A DNA stretch of 64,000 bases from Nitrospirae bacterium CG02_land_8_20_14_3_00_41_53. GTDB taxonomy: Bacteria; Nitrospirota; Thermodesulfovibrionia; Thermodesulfovibrionales; SM23-35. The notes under the pieces were generated by a model. The model did not search any database. It saw only the letters and a list, made by a program, of their open reading frames with translations, and was not told the DNA's origin. Positions 1 to 7,718 of this stretch are shown piece by piece. The stretch lies in assembly GCA_002780895.1 (NCBI GenBank), contig PEUB01000036.1, forward strand, positions 5,547-69,546. The letters run 5' to 3'. The first letter of the stretch is position 1. Every line of letters starts with the position of its first letter. The translations under genes were made by a program, and so were the position numbers.

Positions 1-115
1 CAACTATGAATAACCAGAGGAGGGGTCTTGCAATAGCTGAAAAGAGGCGGCTCCTCTCCCTTACAAATTTCTTGAATTCTCTGGCGACTATTACGTAAAT
101 AGCATTGATTTCCAC
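1..115 (-). CDS. ABC-2 type transporter permease, N-terminal fragment (continues off the window)
   Basis: Not in the ORF track because it is open at the window edge. A reverse-strand GTG at 115..113 overlaps the TAG of the upstream ATPase by 1 nt. The translation VEINAIYVIVAREFKKFVRERSRLFSAIARPLLWLFIV looks like an ABC-2 permease N-terminus. Confidence 0.6.
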   Translation of the reverse strand, partial: MEINAIYVIVAREFKKFVRERSRLFSAIARPLLWLFIV

Positions 116-1092
116 TAATGCCTTCTTCTGTATGCCCTTATAGACTCCCTGACTGAATCTTCTCCCGTTGCCTCTTCTTCTCTTATTGTCTTACCCGTGA
201 GCTTTAAAAAGACATCATTCAGGGTCGGTCTCTGAAGCCTGACGGAAAGAACCTTTTCTCCAATAGTTCTTATTACTTCAGGAATACACGTATCGCCCAT
301 AGCACATGTCATAAACAGCTCGCTATCTTTCTCCGACACCCCGAATTTCAACAATCTTTCGATCTCTTTTTTTGCACTCGCATTGTCGGTCGTCTTTATA
401 TAGATGACATCTCCACCTATTGCTTTTTTTAATTCATCAGGAGTTCCAGCAGCAATTATTTTTCCATTGTCTATAATTGCAATCCTGTCACAGACTTCTG
501 CCTCTTCCATGTAATGAGTGGTCATAAAAATGGTCACATTATGTTTTTCTGTAAGTTCTGCTATGAATTCCCACAGTTTAGTTCTGCTCTGGGGGTCAAG
601 ACCGAGCGTTGGTTCATCGAGAAACAGAACCCTCGGCCTATGTATAAGTCCCCTCGCAACCTCAAGCCTGCGTTTCATGCCGCCTGAAAATTTCTTAACG
701 AGGTCATTCTTTCTCTCGTATAAGTCCAGAAACCTCAGGGCATCGTCTACACGTTGCTTCATTTCGTCTTTTGCAACATTGTAAAGATAAGCATGAAAGA
801 TAAGGTTTTCATAGGCAGTCAGGTCCTTATCAAGGGTTGTATCCTGAAAGACTATACCAATAGCCTTTCTAACCTCTGAAGGCTCTTTCATACAGTCGTA
901 TCCTGCAATAAAGGCACTGCCAGAAGTAGGAGAAAGAAGCGTACAGAGGACATTTATTGTAGTGGTCTTTCCGGCTCCATTTGGACCGAGAAAGCCAAAG
1001 ATTGTGCCTTCTTTTACTTCGAAAGAAATATCATTAACAGCAGTGATATTGCCGAATCTTTTTATTAGATTTTCTACTTTGATTATTGGCAT
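115..1092 (-). CDS. ABC transporter ATP-binding protein (ABC-2/DrrA-like)
   Basis: ORF 115..1146 has Walker A GPNGAGKTT, signature FSGGMKRRLEVA and Walker B LFLDEPT. I moved the start to ATG 1092 (MPIIKVENL), directly after the stop of the upstream gene. Confidence 0.9.
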   Translation of the reverse strand: MPIIKVENLIKRFGNITAVNDISFEVKEGTIFGFLGPNGAGKTTTINVLCTLLSPTSGSAFIAGYDCMKEPSEVRKAIGIVFQDTTLDKDLTAYENLIFHAYLYNVAKDEMKQRVDDALRFLDLYERKNDLVKKFSGGMKRRLEVARGLIHRPRVLFLDEPTLGLDPQSRTKLWEFIAELTEKHNVTIFMTTHYMEEAEVCDRIAIIDNGKIIAAGTPDELKKAIGGDVIYIKTTDNASAKKEIERLLKFGVSEKDSELFMTCAMGDTCIPEVIRTIGEKVLSVRLQRPTLNDVFLKLTGKTIREEEATGEDSVRESIRAYRRRH

Positions 1093-1093
1093 A

Positions 1094-2689
1094 CTATTTG
1101 TACCACTCAATTTTATTCTTTGGTACATACCAGTGGATAAAATCATGCCATATTCCGAGTGGTGCTTTTTCTACTCCTTTGAACCTCTTATGAAGTACTG
1201 GCAGGGCATCAGGGACATACAGGAATGTACATGGCTGTTCATCTGAAAGTATTTCATGAATCCTGTGATATATCTTTTTCCTTTTCTCCATATCAAAGCT
1301 GCGTCTTCCCTCGATCAGTAGTTTATCCACCTCATAATTCTTATATGAGATAAAATTAAACTCACCCTCTTTTGTCTTTGAGGAATGCCATATGTCAAAT
1401 ATATCAGGATCCCTCGAAAGTGCCCAGCCCATGATAACAGCCTCGAAGCGTTTCTTATCAATAAATTCATGTAGCATAGCCTGCCATTCAAGAACCTTAA
1501 TGTTCATCTTAATCCCTACCTTTTTTAGATTTTCCTTTATTATTTGTGCGGTCTTAAGCCTTGCATCATTCCCCTGGTTTACAAGCACAGTAAATTCAAA
1601 TGGTTTTCCGTCTTTTTCGAGTAAACCGCTTGGCCCCTTTCTCCAGCCTGCCTCCTCAAAAAGCTTCCTTGATCTCTTAGGATCATACTCAAGGTCTTTT
1701 ACCCCTGGGTTATATGCCCATGATTCCGGGGGAAAGGGTCCTGTGCATGGTGTCCCATAACCGAGCAAAACTCCAGCTATAATATCTTTTTTATTTATAG
1801 CATGAGTTATAGCCTGCCTTATCCTTCTGTCCGAAAATCTCTGGTCAAGAAGGTTATACCCAAGATATGTATATCCAAAAGAAGGATACCGGAATTTATG
1901 AAAGTATTTGTTGAAGAATTTTGTCTCTGCTTGAAGCTTATATTGAGGAGGTGTAAGTCCCATAAAGTCTATACCGCCAAATTTAAGCTCAAGAAACATT
2001 GTTGCAGTATCAGGTATGACGCGTAAGATGTATTTATCTATCATTGGCTTGCCCTCAAAGTAATTATCAAATGCCTCAAGAACTATCTTCTGACCCGTTA
2101 CCCATTCCCTCAATTTATATGGACCAGTACCAATAGGATTTCTACTGTATATTTCGTTAGTTATATCCTTTCCTTCAAGCATATGTTTAGGTATTATACC
2201 CATGCCCCATGACTCAAGCGCAGGCGCGTAAGGCTCTTTGTAAACCACCCTTACCGTGTATCTGTCTAATGCCTCGACCTTTTCAACAGGCCCATAAGTA
2301 CTGCTGTACGGTGTTGGAACTTTCGGATTAATCACCGTGTTATAAGTAAAAATAACATCATCGGCTGTGAACTCCACTCCATCATGCCACAAAACACCTT
2401 TTCTTAAATGAAAGATTATCTGAAGACCATCAGAAGAGACTTCCCACGACTCGGCAAGGTCACCTGTAATTTTTATATCTTTGTCATATTTTGTTAGTCC
2501 ATTGAAAATCCAACCGCTTATATCTCCTGAGGCGCTGTCGGAGGCAAGCAGAGGCAGTAATTTTTTAGCATCTGCAAGTGAACCAATTGTTATGGCATTA
2601 GGTTTCTTGACATCCGGCTCACGACTGCAAGAAGTAAGGACTATAACCAGAATAAATAATAAAAAATAGCGAACATGGTTAGGTTTCAT
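1094..2689 (-). CDS. ABC transporter substrate-binding lipoprotein, family 5 (peptide/nickel, DppA/OppA-like)
   Basis: 531-aa ORF with a signal peptide and lipobox (VLTSC). The whole length resembles a family-5 solute-binding protein. Confidence 0.85.
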   Translation of the reverse strand: MKPNHVRYFLLFILVIVLTSCSREPDVKKPNAITIGSLADAKKLLPLLASDSASGDISGWIFNGLTKYDKDIKITGDLAESWEVSSDGLQIIFHLRKGVLWHDGVEFTADDVIFTYNTVINPKVPTPYSSTYGPVEKVEALDRYTVRVVYKEPYAPALESWGMGIIPKHMLEGKDITNEIYSRNPIGTGPYKLREWVTGQKIVLEAFDNYFEGKPMIDKYILRVIPDTATMFLELKFGGIDFMGLTPPQYKLQAETKFFNKYFHKFRYPSFGYTYLGYNLLDQRFSDRRIRQAITHAINKKDIIAGVLLGYGTPCTGPFPPESWAYNPGVKDLEYDPKRSRKLFEEAGWRKGPSGLLEKDGKPFEFTVLVNQGNDARLKTAQIIKENLKKVGIKMNIKVLEWQAMLHEFIDKKRFEAVIMGWALSRDPDIFDIWHSSKTKEGEFNFISYKNYEVDKLLIEGRRSFDMEKRKKIYHRIHEILSDEQPCTFLYVPDALPVLHKRFKGVEKAPLGIWHDFIHWYVPKNKIEWYK

Positions 2690-2781
2690 CTCTTTAAGAT
2701 ATATACTTTATCACAACGGTATATGTATTTGACACGTAACGGTTTTGTTATAATTATGTTACATCATGAAGGAGGTTAAAG

Positions 2782-2835
2782 ATGAAGGTTATAGCTTTTA
2801 ACGGGAGTCCGAGGGAAAAATCAGTCAATCCCTAA
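2782..2835 (+). pseudogene. 17-codon remnant of a flavodoxin-like/NADPH-dependent FMN reductase gene
   Basis: GAAGGAGG RBS followed by ATG at 2782. The product MKVIAFNGSPREKSVNP then hits a stop. MKVIAFNGSPR is the typical N-terminus of ~180-aa flavodoxin-fold reductases. The reading frame runs into the 3' end of the convergent hemW-like gene. Confidence 0.45.
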
Positions 2836-4248
2836 TCTCTCAAACAACTTCACTATAATTGTATTTGATATAACTATTCCTTTTCTTGTAAGCCTGAGAT
2901 AACCTCTCTCAATCTCGAGATAACCTTCATCAACTAATTCTCTGGATGCTTGGAGTATATTTATGTCATTCCTGCGGAAGCAGGAATCCAGAGAAGTAAA
3001 AAAGCTGGATTCCGCATCAAGTGCGGAATGACAACTCTGATTCCGCGAAACTGTGATGTCAGATAGTGTATTAATGTTTATTCCTTCTGTCTTTCTCAAC
3101 TTTAAAAAAATTATTTCCTTTAATGTATCTGTTGGTGTTAGCTTGATTGATTCTATCTCAGGGATTATCCCGCTGTTCAAATCTTGTATATATCTGTTAA
3201 TATCTTCGGTATTTTTTGAACGTATTCCATTGATAAAAGAGTGGGCTCCTGCACCAACTCCGATGTACTCTCCTCTATCCCAATAATTGAGATTATGAAC
3301 GCATCTGAATCCTGGTAATGCAAAATTGGATATCTCATAGTGTTCATAGCCACAGCTTGCAAAATAATCTATTGCGTGGTTGTACATTTCAATGATCAGT
3401 TCTTCATCAGGCAATTTAATTTTATTTGCAAATTCCCCCTTACCCCCCTTTGCTAAAGTGGGGAATTTACCATTAATAATGTTTCCATCCCCATCGATGG
3501 GGGAGGGGTAGGGTGGGGGTGATTTTTTGTATTCATTTTCACCCTCCCCCTTATCCCCTCCCATCAAGGGAGGGGAAGTATAAGATATTTCGCGTTTATG
3601 TTGCGGGACGGGTTTATTAGATTTCAACAGTTTGTAAAGCGGCGTATTTTCCTCGAGTGTAAGTTCATAAGTGGAAATATGAGTTGGTGACAATTCGACT
3701 GCCGTTGAGATAGAATTATGCCAAGATTCAATCGCCTGACCTGGAACTCCATACATTAAATCAACTGAAAAATTATTTATGCCTTCTTTTTTAATTATCT
3801 CAATTGATCTTGAAGCATCTTCTGATGAATGAATCCTTCCGAGTGTTTTAAGCTCGTCATTATTAAATGATTGTATTCCAATGCTAAGCCTGTTAACCCC
3901 GAGAGAAAGCACCGTATTTATTTTAGATTCATTTATTGTCCCGGGATTTGCCTCTACTGTTATTTCAATATCAGACGAGAAACTAAAATTATCTTTCAGG
4001 CATATAAATAGTTGTTTAAAACATTCATCAGGCAATAAAGATGGTGTGCCACCTCCTGTGTAAATTGTTTTCAATGTCGTATAGAAATCTTTCTTAAGGT
4101 AAAGTTCTTGGTAGAGAGCATCAATGTATGTCTTTGCGACTGACTCATCATATGGCATAGAAAAGAAATCACAATATGTACATTTTTGAATGCAGAATGG
4201 AATGTGAATATAGAGTAAATTAGGCATGAACAGCGGACTCTGTTCCAT
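2821..4248 (-). CDS. hemW: Radical SAM HemN/HemW-family protein (oxygen-independent coproporphyrinogen oxidase-like / heme chaperone) carrying repeat-derived insertions
   Basis: ORF 2821..4281 has YIHIPFCIQKCTYCDF (CxxxCxxC) and the GGGTPS motif. It is about 100 aa longer than usual for the family because of in-frame repeat blocks at 2965..3032 and 3431..3576. The start is uncertain: ATG at 4248 or 4227, and the 4281 ATG lies inside a repeat. Confidence 0.8.
   Translation of the reverse strand: MEQSPLFMPNLLYIHIPFCIQKCTYCDFFSMPYDESVAKTYIDALYQELYLKKDFYTTLKTIYTGGGTPSLLPDECFKQLFICLKDNFSFSSDIEITVEANPGTINESKINTVLSLGVNRLSIGIQSFNNDELKTLGRIHSSEDASRSIEIIKKEGINNFSVDLMYGVPGQAIESWHNSISTAVELSPTHISTYELTLEENTPLYKLLKSNKPVPQHKREISYTSPPLMGGDKGEGENEYKKSPPPYPSPIDGDGNIINGKFPTLAKGGKGEFANKIKLPDEELIIEMYNHAIDYFASCGYEHYEISNFALPGFRCVHNLNYWDRGEYIGVGAGAHSFINGIRSKNTEDINRYIQDLNSGIIPEIESIKLTPTDTLKEIIFLKLRKTEGININTLSDITVSRNQSCHSALDAESSFFTSLDSCFRRNDINILQASRELVDEGYLEIERGYLRLTRKGIVISNTIIVKLFERLGID
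2965..3032. repeat. GTCAT...ATGAC hairpin-pair element, in-frame inside the hemW-like gene
   Basis: The left arm gtcattcctgcggaagcaggaatccag and right arm ctggattccgcatcaagtgcggaatgac are terminal inverted repeats. Each arm contains its own 8-bp hairpin. The element encodes HSALDAESSFFTSLDSCFRRND. Confidence 0.85.
3431..3576. repeat. Three GC-rich nested palindromic elements, in-frame inside the hemW-like gene
   Basis: Copies at 3431..3467 (aattccccc-tta-cccccc-tttgctaaa-gtgggg-aatt), 3486..3521 (reverse orientation) and 3540..3576 (caccctccccc-tta-tcccctccc-atcaa-gggagggga). Together they encode a Pro/Gly-rich stretch, SPPLMGGDKGEG...PPPYPSPIDGDG...LAKGGKGEF. Confidence 0.85.
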
Positions 4249-4252
4249 GATT

Positions 4253-4352
4253 GCATGCTGAACTCTTATGTTTAGACACACCCCTTAATCCCCTCTTGAT
4301 AGAGGGGAAAGAAGAAGTAGACTCCCCTCTATCAAGAGGGGCAGGGGGTGTG
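4253..4352. repeat. Composite repeat: catgctgaac module plus two inverted GC-rich palindromic elements
   Basis: The two copies cacacccc-tta-atcccctc-ttgata-gagggga and ctcccctc-tatcaa-gaggggc-a-gggggtgtg face each other. The gcatgctgaac module is also seen at 6607. Confidence 0.85.
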
Positions 4353-4395
4353 TCATTAAAAATATCCTGCCTATCCAATCAGATCTTATGTCCCT

Positions 4396-6183
4396 TCATT
4401 TTACTTTCAAAACTGCAAGAAATGCCTCCTGCGGCAGCTCGATCTTTCCCACCTGTTTCATCCTCTTTTTACCCTCTTTCTGTTTTTCGAGCAGCTTTCT
4501 CTTACGGGTTATATCACCGCCATAACACTTGGCAATGACATCCTTTCTGAGCGCTCTCACACTTTCCCTCGATATAATCTTATTGCCGATTGCAGCCTGT
4601 ATTACAACCTCAAACATCTGTCTCTGAATAATCTCTCGCAGTTTTTCGGTCAGCTCTCGCCCTTTATAATATGCCTTGTCCTTATGAACTATCAAAGAAA
4701 GCGCATCAACAACTTCACCATTGATTAGTATATTGAGCTTAACAAGGTTTGATTCTCTGAATCCGATGAAATCATAGTCCATAGATGCATAACCCTTTGA
4801 TAAAGACTTTAATCTGTCATAAAAGTCCCAGAGGATTTCATTTAAAGGCAGTTCATACTCAACCTTTATCCTGTCTTTTCCAATGAACGTGAAACTTTTC
4901 TGAAAACCTCTTTTTTCCTGACACAAGTCCAATATTGGACCGATAAAATCTTTAGGCATAAAAATAGTTGCAACAACAAAAGGCTCTTCTATCATCTCGT
5001 ATTTTTCCGGCAGCAGTGCCGGATTTTCGATATATAAAATATCTCCACCTGTTTTTGTTACCCTGTAAACAACTGTTGGTGCCGTGCTTAAGAGTGACAA
5101 ATCAAATTCCCGTTCAAGCCTTTCCTTTATGATCTCCATGTGAAGCAGTCCCAAAAAACCGCACCTGAATCCAGAGCCGAGGGCTAAAGATGTCTCTGGC
5201 TCATAATTGAAAGAAGAATCATTAAGTCTTAATTTATTCAGTGCATCCCTGAGATTTTCATATTGATGTGATTGAGTTGGATAAAGACCACAGAAGACCA
5301 TCGGTTTTATATCTTTATATCCAGGGCATGGCTCTTGTGCAGGGTTATCAGCATCAGTTATCGTGTCACCTATTTTTGTATCAGTAACGCTTTTTATGCC
5401 TGATATTATGTAGCCTACTTCCCCTGAAGAAAGTTCGCTAATAGGCTCCATTTTAGGCGAAAAGATTCCAACCTGAGATACTTCATAGACACCTTCCGTT
5501 GCCATCAGTTTAATTTTTTTGCCAGCCATTACCTTTCCGTCAAATACCCTGACGAGAATGATAATACCCTGGTAATTATCAAACCATGAATCAAAGATTA
5601 AGGCCTTCAATGGCTTATTATCATCTCCTGCTGGGGATGGAATCTTTTTTACTATAGCATCAAGGATTTCCCTCGTGCCTATCCCTTCTTTTGCGCTCGC
5701 AAGTATGGCATCAGAGCAGTCAATCCCGATTGCATCTTCTATCTGTCTCTTTGTTTTTTCTGGATCAGCACTCGGGAGGTCTATCTTGTTTATAACAGGG
5801 ATTATTTCAAGGTTATGCTCTAATGCAAGATAAGCATTTGCAAGTGTCTGCGCCTCAACACCCTGCGACGCATCAACCACAAGGAGTGCTCCATCGCATG
5901 AAGCAAGACTCCTTGAAACCTCATAAGAGAAGTCAACATGTCCTGGGGTGTCTATAAGATTAAGGATATAATTATTACCATCATCAGCCTTATATAAGAG
6001 CCTTACGGCGTGGGCCTTTATGGTAATACCTCTTTCTCTTTCAAGGTCCATTGAATCTAAAACCTGTTCGGTCATCTCCCTTGCACTCAGGGCACCTGTA
6101 TATTCAAGAAGTCTGTCTGCAAGTGTAGACTTCCCATGGTCTATGTGGGCTATGATGGAAAAATTACGTATATTTTTTGCCAT
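4396..6183 (-). CDS. lepA: Elongation factor 4 (LepA)
   Basis: [24 protein letters not shown] GTPase N-terminus with full-length EF4 similarity. The ORF-track start at 6189 is a TTG; I prefer the ATG at 6183. Confidence 0.95.
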   Translation of the reverse strand: MAKNIRNFSIIAHIDHGKSTLADRLLEYTGALSAREMTEQVLDSMDLERERGITIKAHAVRLLYKADDGNNYILNLIDTPGHVDFSYEVSRSLASCDGALLVVDASQGVEAQTLANAYLALEHNLEIIPVINKIDLPSADPEKTKRQIEDAIGIDCSDAILASAKEGIGTREILDAIVKKIPSPAGDDNKPLKALIFDSWFDNYQGIIILVRVFDGKVMAGKKIKLMATEGVYEVSQVGIFSPKMEPISELSSGEVGYIISGIKSVTDTKIGDTITDADNPAQEPCPGYKDIKPMVFCGLYPTQSHQYENLRDALNKLRLNDSSFNYEPETSLALGSGFRCGFLGLLHMEIIKERLEREFDLSLLSTAPTVVYRVTKTGGDILYIENPALLPEKYEMIEEPFVVATIFMPKDFIGPILDLCQEKRGFQKSFTFIGKDRIKVEYELPLNEILWDFYDRLKSLSKGYASMDYDFIGFRESNLVKLNILINGEVVDALSLIVHKDKAYYKGRELTEKLREIIQRQMFEVVIQAAIGNKIISRESVRALRKDVIAKCYGGDITRKRKLLEKQKEGKKRMKQVGKIELPQEAFLAVLKVK

Positions 6184-6302
6184 ATTCAATCGAGGATTAA
6201 TATCGAAGTCTTTTATTCTAACACAAACGAGTTAGAAACGTGGGGCAGGGCTTGGATCAAAGTGTTTGACCAAACATTTAATAATTGTTTAAAATCAACT
6301 AT

Positions 6303-6390
6303 GCCGGAGTGGCGGAATTGGTAGACGCAAGGGACTTAAAATCCCTCGTTCCAAAAGAGCGTGCCGGTTCAAATCCGGCCTCCGGCACCA
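6303..6390 (+). tRNA. tRNA-Leu (anticodon UAA), class II with long variable arm, CCA encoded
   Basis: Acceptor gccggag/ctccggc, anticodon stem aggga/tccct with loop cTTAAaa, T arm gccgg-ttcaaat-ccggc, and terminal ACCA. Confidence 0.93.
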
Positions 6391-6403
6391 GACAATAACT
6401 CGT

Positions 6404-6583
6404 TCATTTATTCTTGCCTGCTTTTTTCAGAAAAGAAATTATCAATAAGGTTGCCACGATAATAATTAGACCCTTGCCCATTAATGCCATCGCACTGAAT
6501 CCGATTTTTGTTATTGTTTTTCCGAAAACCAAAAGGAGAATGATCGCTCCTACTAACAAGGTAATTTTTTGATATTTATTCAT
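6404..6583 (-). CDS. Small hydrophobic protein (59 aa, two predicted TM helices), hypothetical
   Basis: Below the ORF-track cutoff. The product is MNKYQKITLLVGAIILLLVFGKTITKIGFSAMALMGKGLIIIVATLLIISFLKKAGKNK. There is no clear SD. Confidence 0.3.
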   Translation of the reverse strand: MNKYQKITLLVGAIILLLVFGKTITKIGFSAMALMGKGLIIIVATLLIISFLKKAGKNK

Positions 6584-6606
6584 GTCGAACTCTGTTCCAA
6601 TGATCT

Positions 6607-6665
6607 GTCATGCTGAACTTGTTTCAGCATCTCTTTTTCCTTCTATCAAGAGGGGATTAAGAAGG
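6607..6665. repeat. Composite repeat (gtcatgctgaac hairpin plus degenerate GC-rich palindrome)
   Basis: gtcatgctgaa-cttgt-ttcagcatc hairpin followed by ccttc-tatcaa-gaggggattaagaagg. It is homologous in layout to 4253..4352. Confidence 0.7.
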
Positions 6666-6674
6666 ATTATAATA

Positions 6675-7718
6675 TTAAAAAGCGAAATGCTGATAGCCTT
6701 CTGGTACCAAAGGTCTCTCTCTCCCTGAATTATCAATAATAACCCTTTCTGATTTTGTAATCTCTCCGATACAAAATGCCTTTGTTTTTTTATTAGGAAG
6801 TGCGGTAAACAACAGCTCATAATCTTCTCCACCTGATAAGGCTAATTTTACAGGTGAAATGCCAAGATGCGAGGCAGCTTGTTTGAGTTCAGGAGATACA
6901 GGAATATTTTCGATATATATCCTTGCACCAACCTTACTTTCGTTACAGAGCCGCGTTAAATCAATCAGAAGGCCATCGCTTATATCTATCATCGAGGTTG
7001 CATCCTTGAGAAATCTCTTTGGATCTCTTGCCTCAGGCATAAGATGTCTCCTGAGCAACGGTTCAACTACCTTCCAGGATAATTTCTCCCCAAAGAGCTT
7101 AGAGCATTGAGCATAGAGCATAGGATCTTTACTCTTAGCTCTTAGCTCTTTGCCCTTTGCTGATAGCAGAGGGACGTGTCTTTTTATCTTCTTCAGCAAT
7201 TCAAGGCCACAGGCTGAATCGCCGAGGTAGCCAGTTACATAGATTTTATCACCTATGTTTGCTCCAGAGCGTTTTATATGTTTTTTTACATATCCAATAA
7301 GTGTTGCTGATAATGATATGCCTATATTAGTAGCGGAAAGGTCACCCCCGATGAGGATAGTATCGTATAGAGTTAAAGCATCTTTAACCCCATCAAAAAA
7401 CCTATTGATAAATTTCGTATTCGTATTTTTGTTTACAGCGATATTCAGTAGAAGATAGAAAGGCTTTCCACCCATTGCATAGATATCACTTACATTAACT
7501 GATATTAACTTAAAGCCAAGCTGGTATGGGGTTGTAAAATGAAGGTTAAAATGAACCCCTTCGACCATCATGTCAGTTGTCACAAGGAGGTTTTTTCCTA
7601 ACGGCTTAACTACAGCAGCATCATCGCCTATACCGACGACAACATTTTTAGATTTCTTGTAAAAGCTTCTTCTTATCTGCTCCAAAAGGGATAGTTCGCC
7701 GATTTGAGAAAGCTTCAT
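6675..7718 (-). CDS. thiL: Thiamine-monophosphate kinase
   Basis: 347-aa ORF with AIR-synthase-like fold motifs (GDDAAVV, DMMVEGVHF, GGDLS). It contains a heptad-array insert at 7095..7164. Confidence 0.88.
   Translation of the reverse strand: MKLSQIGELSLLEQIRRSFYKKSKNVVVGIGDDAAVVKPLGKNLLVTTDMMVEGVHFNLHFTTPYQLGFKLISVNVSDIYAMGGKPFYLLLNIAVNKNTNTKFINRFFDGVKDALTLYDTILIGGDLSATNIGISLSATLIGYVKKHIKRSGANIGDKIYVTGYLGDSACGLELLKKIKRHVPLLSAKGKELRAKSKDPMLYAQCSKLFGEKLSWKVVEPLLRRHLMPEARDPKRFLKDATSMIDISDGLLIDLTRLCNESKVGARIYIENIPVSPELKQAASHLGISPVKLALSGGEDYELLFTALPNKKTKAFCIGEITKSERVIIDNSGRERPLVPEGYQHFAF
7095..7164. repeat. Heptad-phased array element (10 units of 7 nt) in-frame inside thiL
   Basis: gagctta gagcatt gagcata gagcata ggatctt tactctt agctctt agctctt tgccctt tgctgat. 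The two halves are roughly complementary. It encodes about KELRAKSKDPMLYAQCSKLF. Confidence 0.8.

Noticed and set aside
4277-4352. Possible CRISPR array, considered because of the many short palindromic repeats across the window.
   Set aside because: The repeats are not arranged as regularly spaced direct repeats with unique spacers. They occur singly or as inverted pairs, often inside genes, and no cas genes are present.
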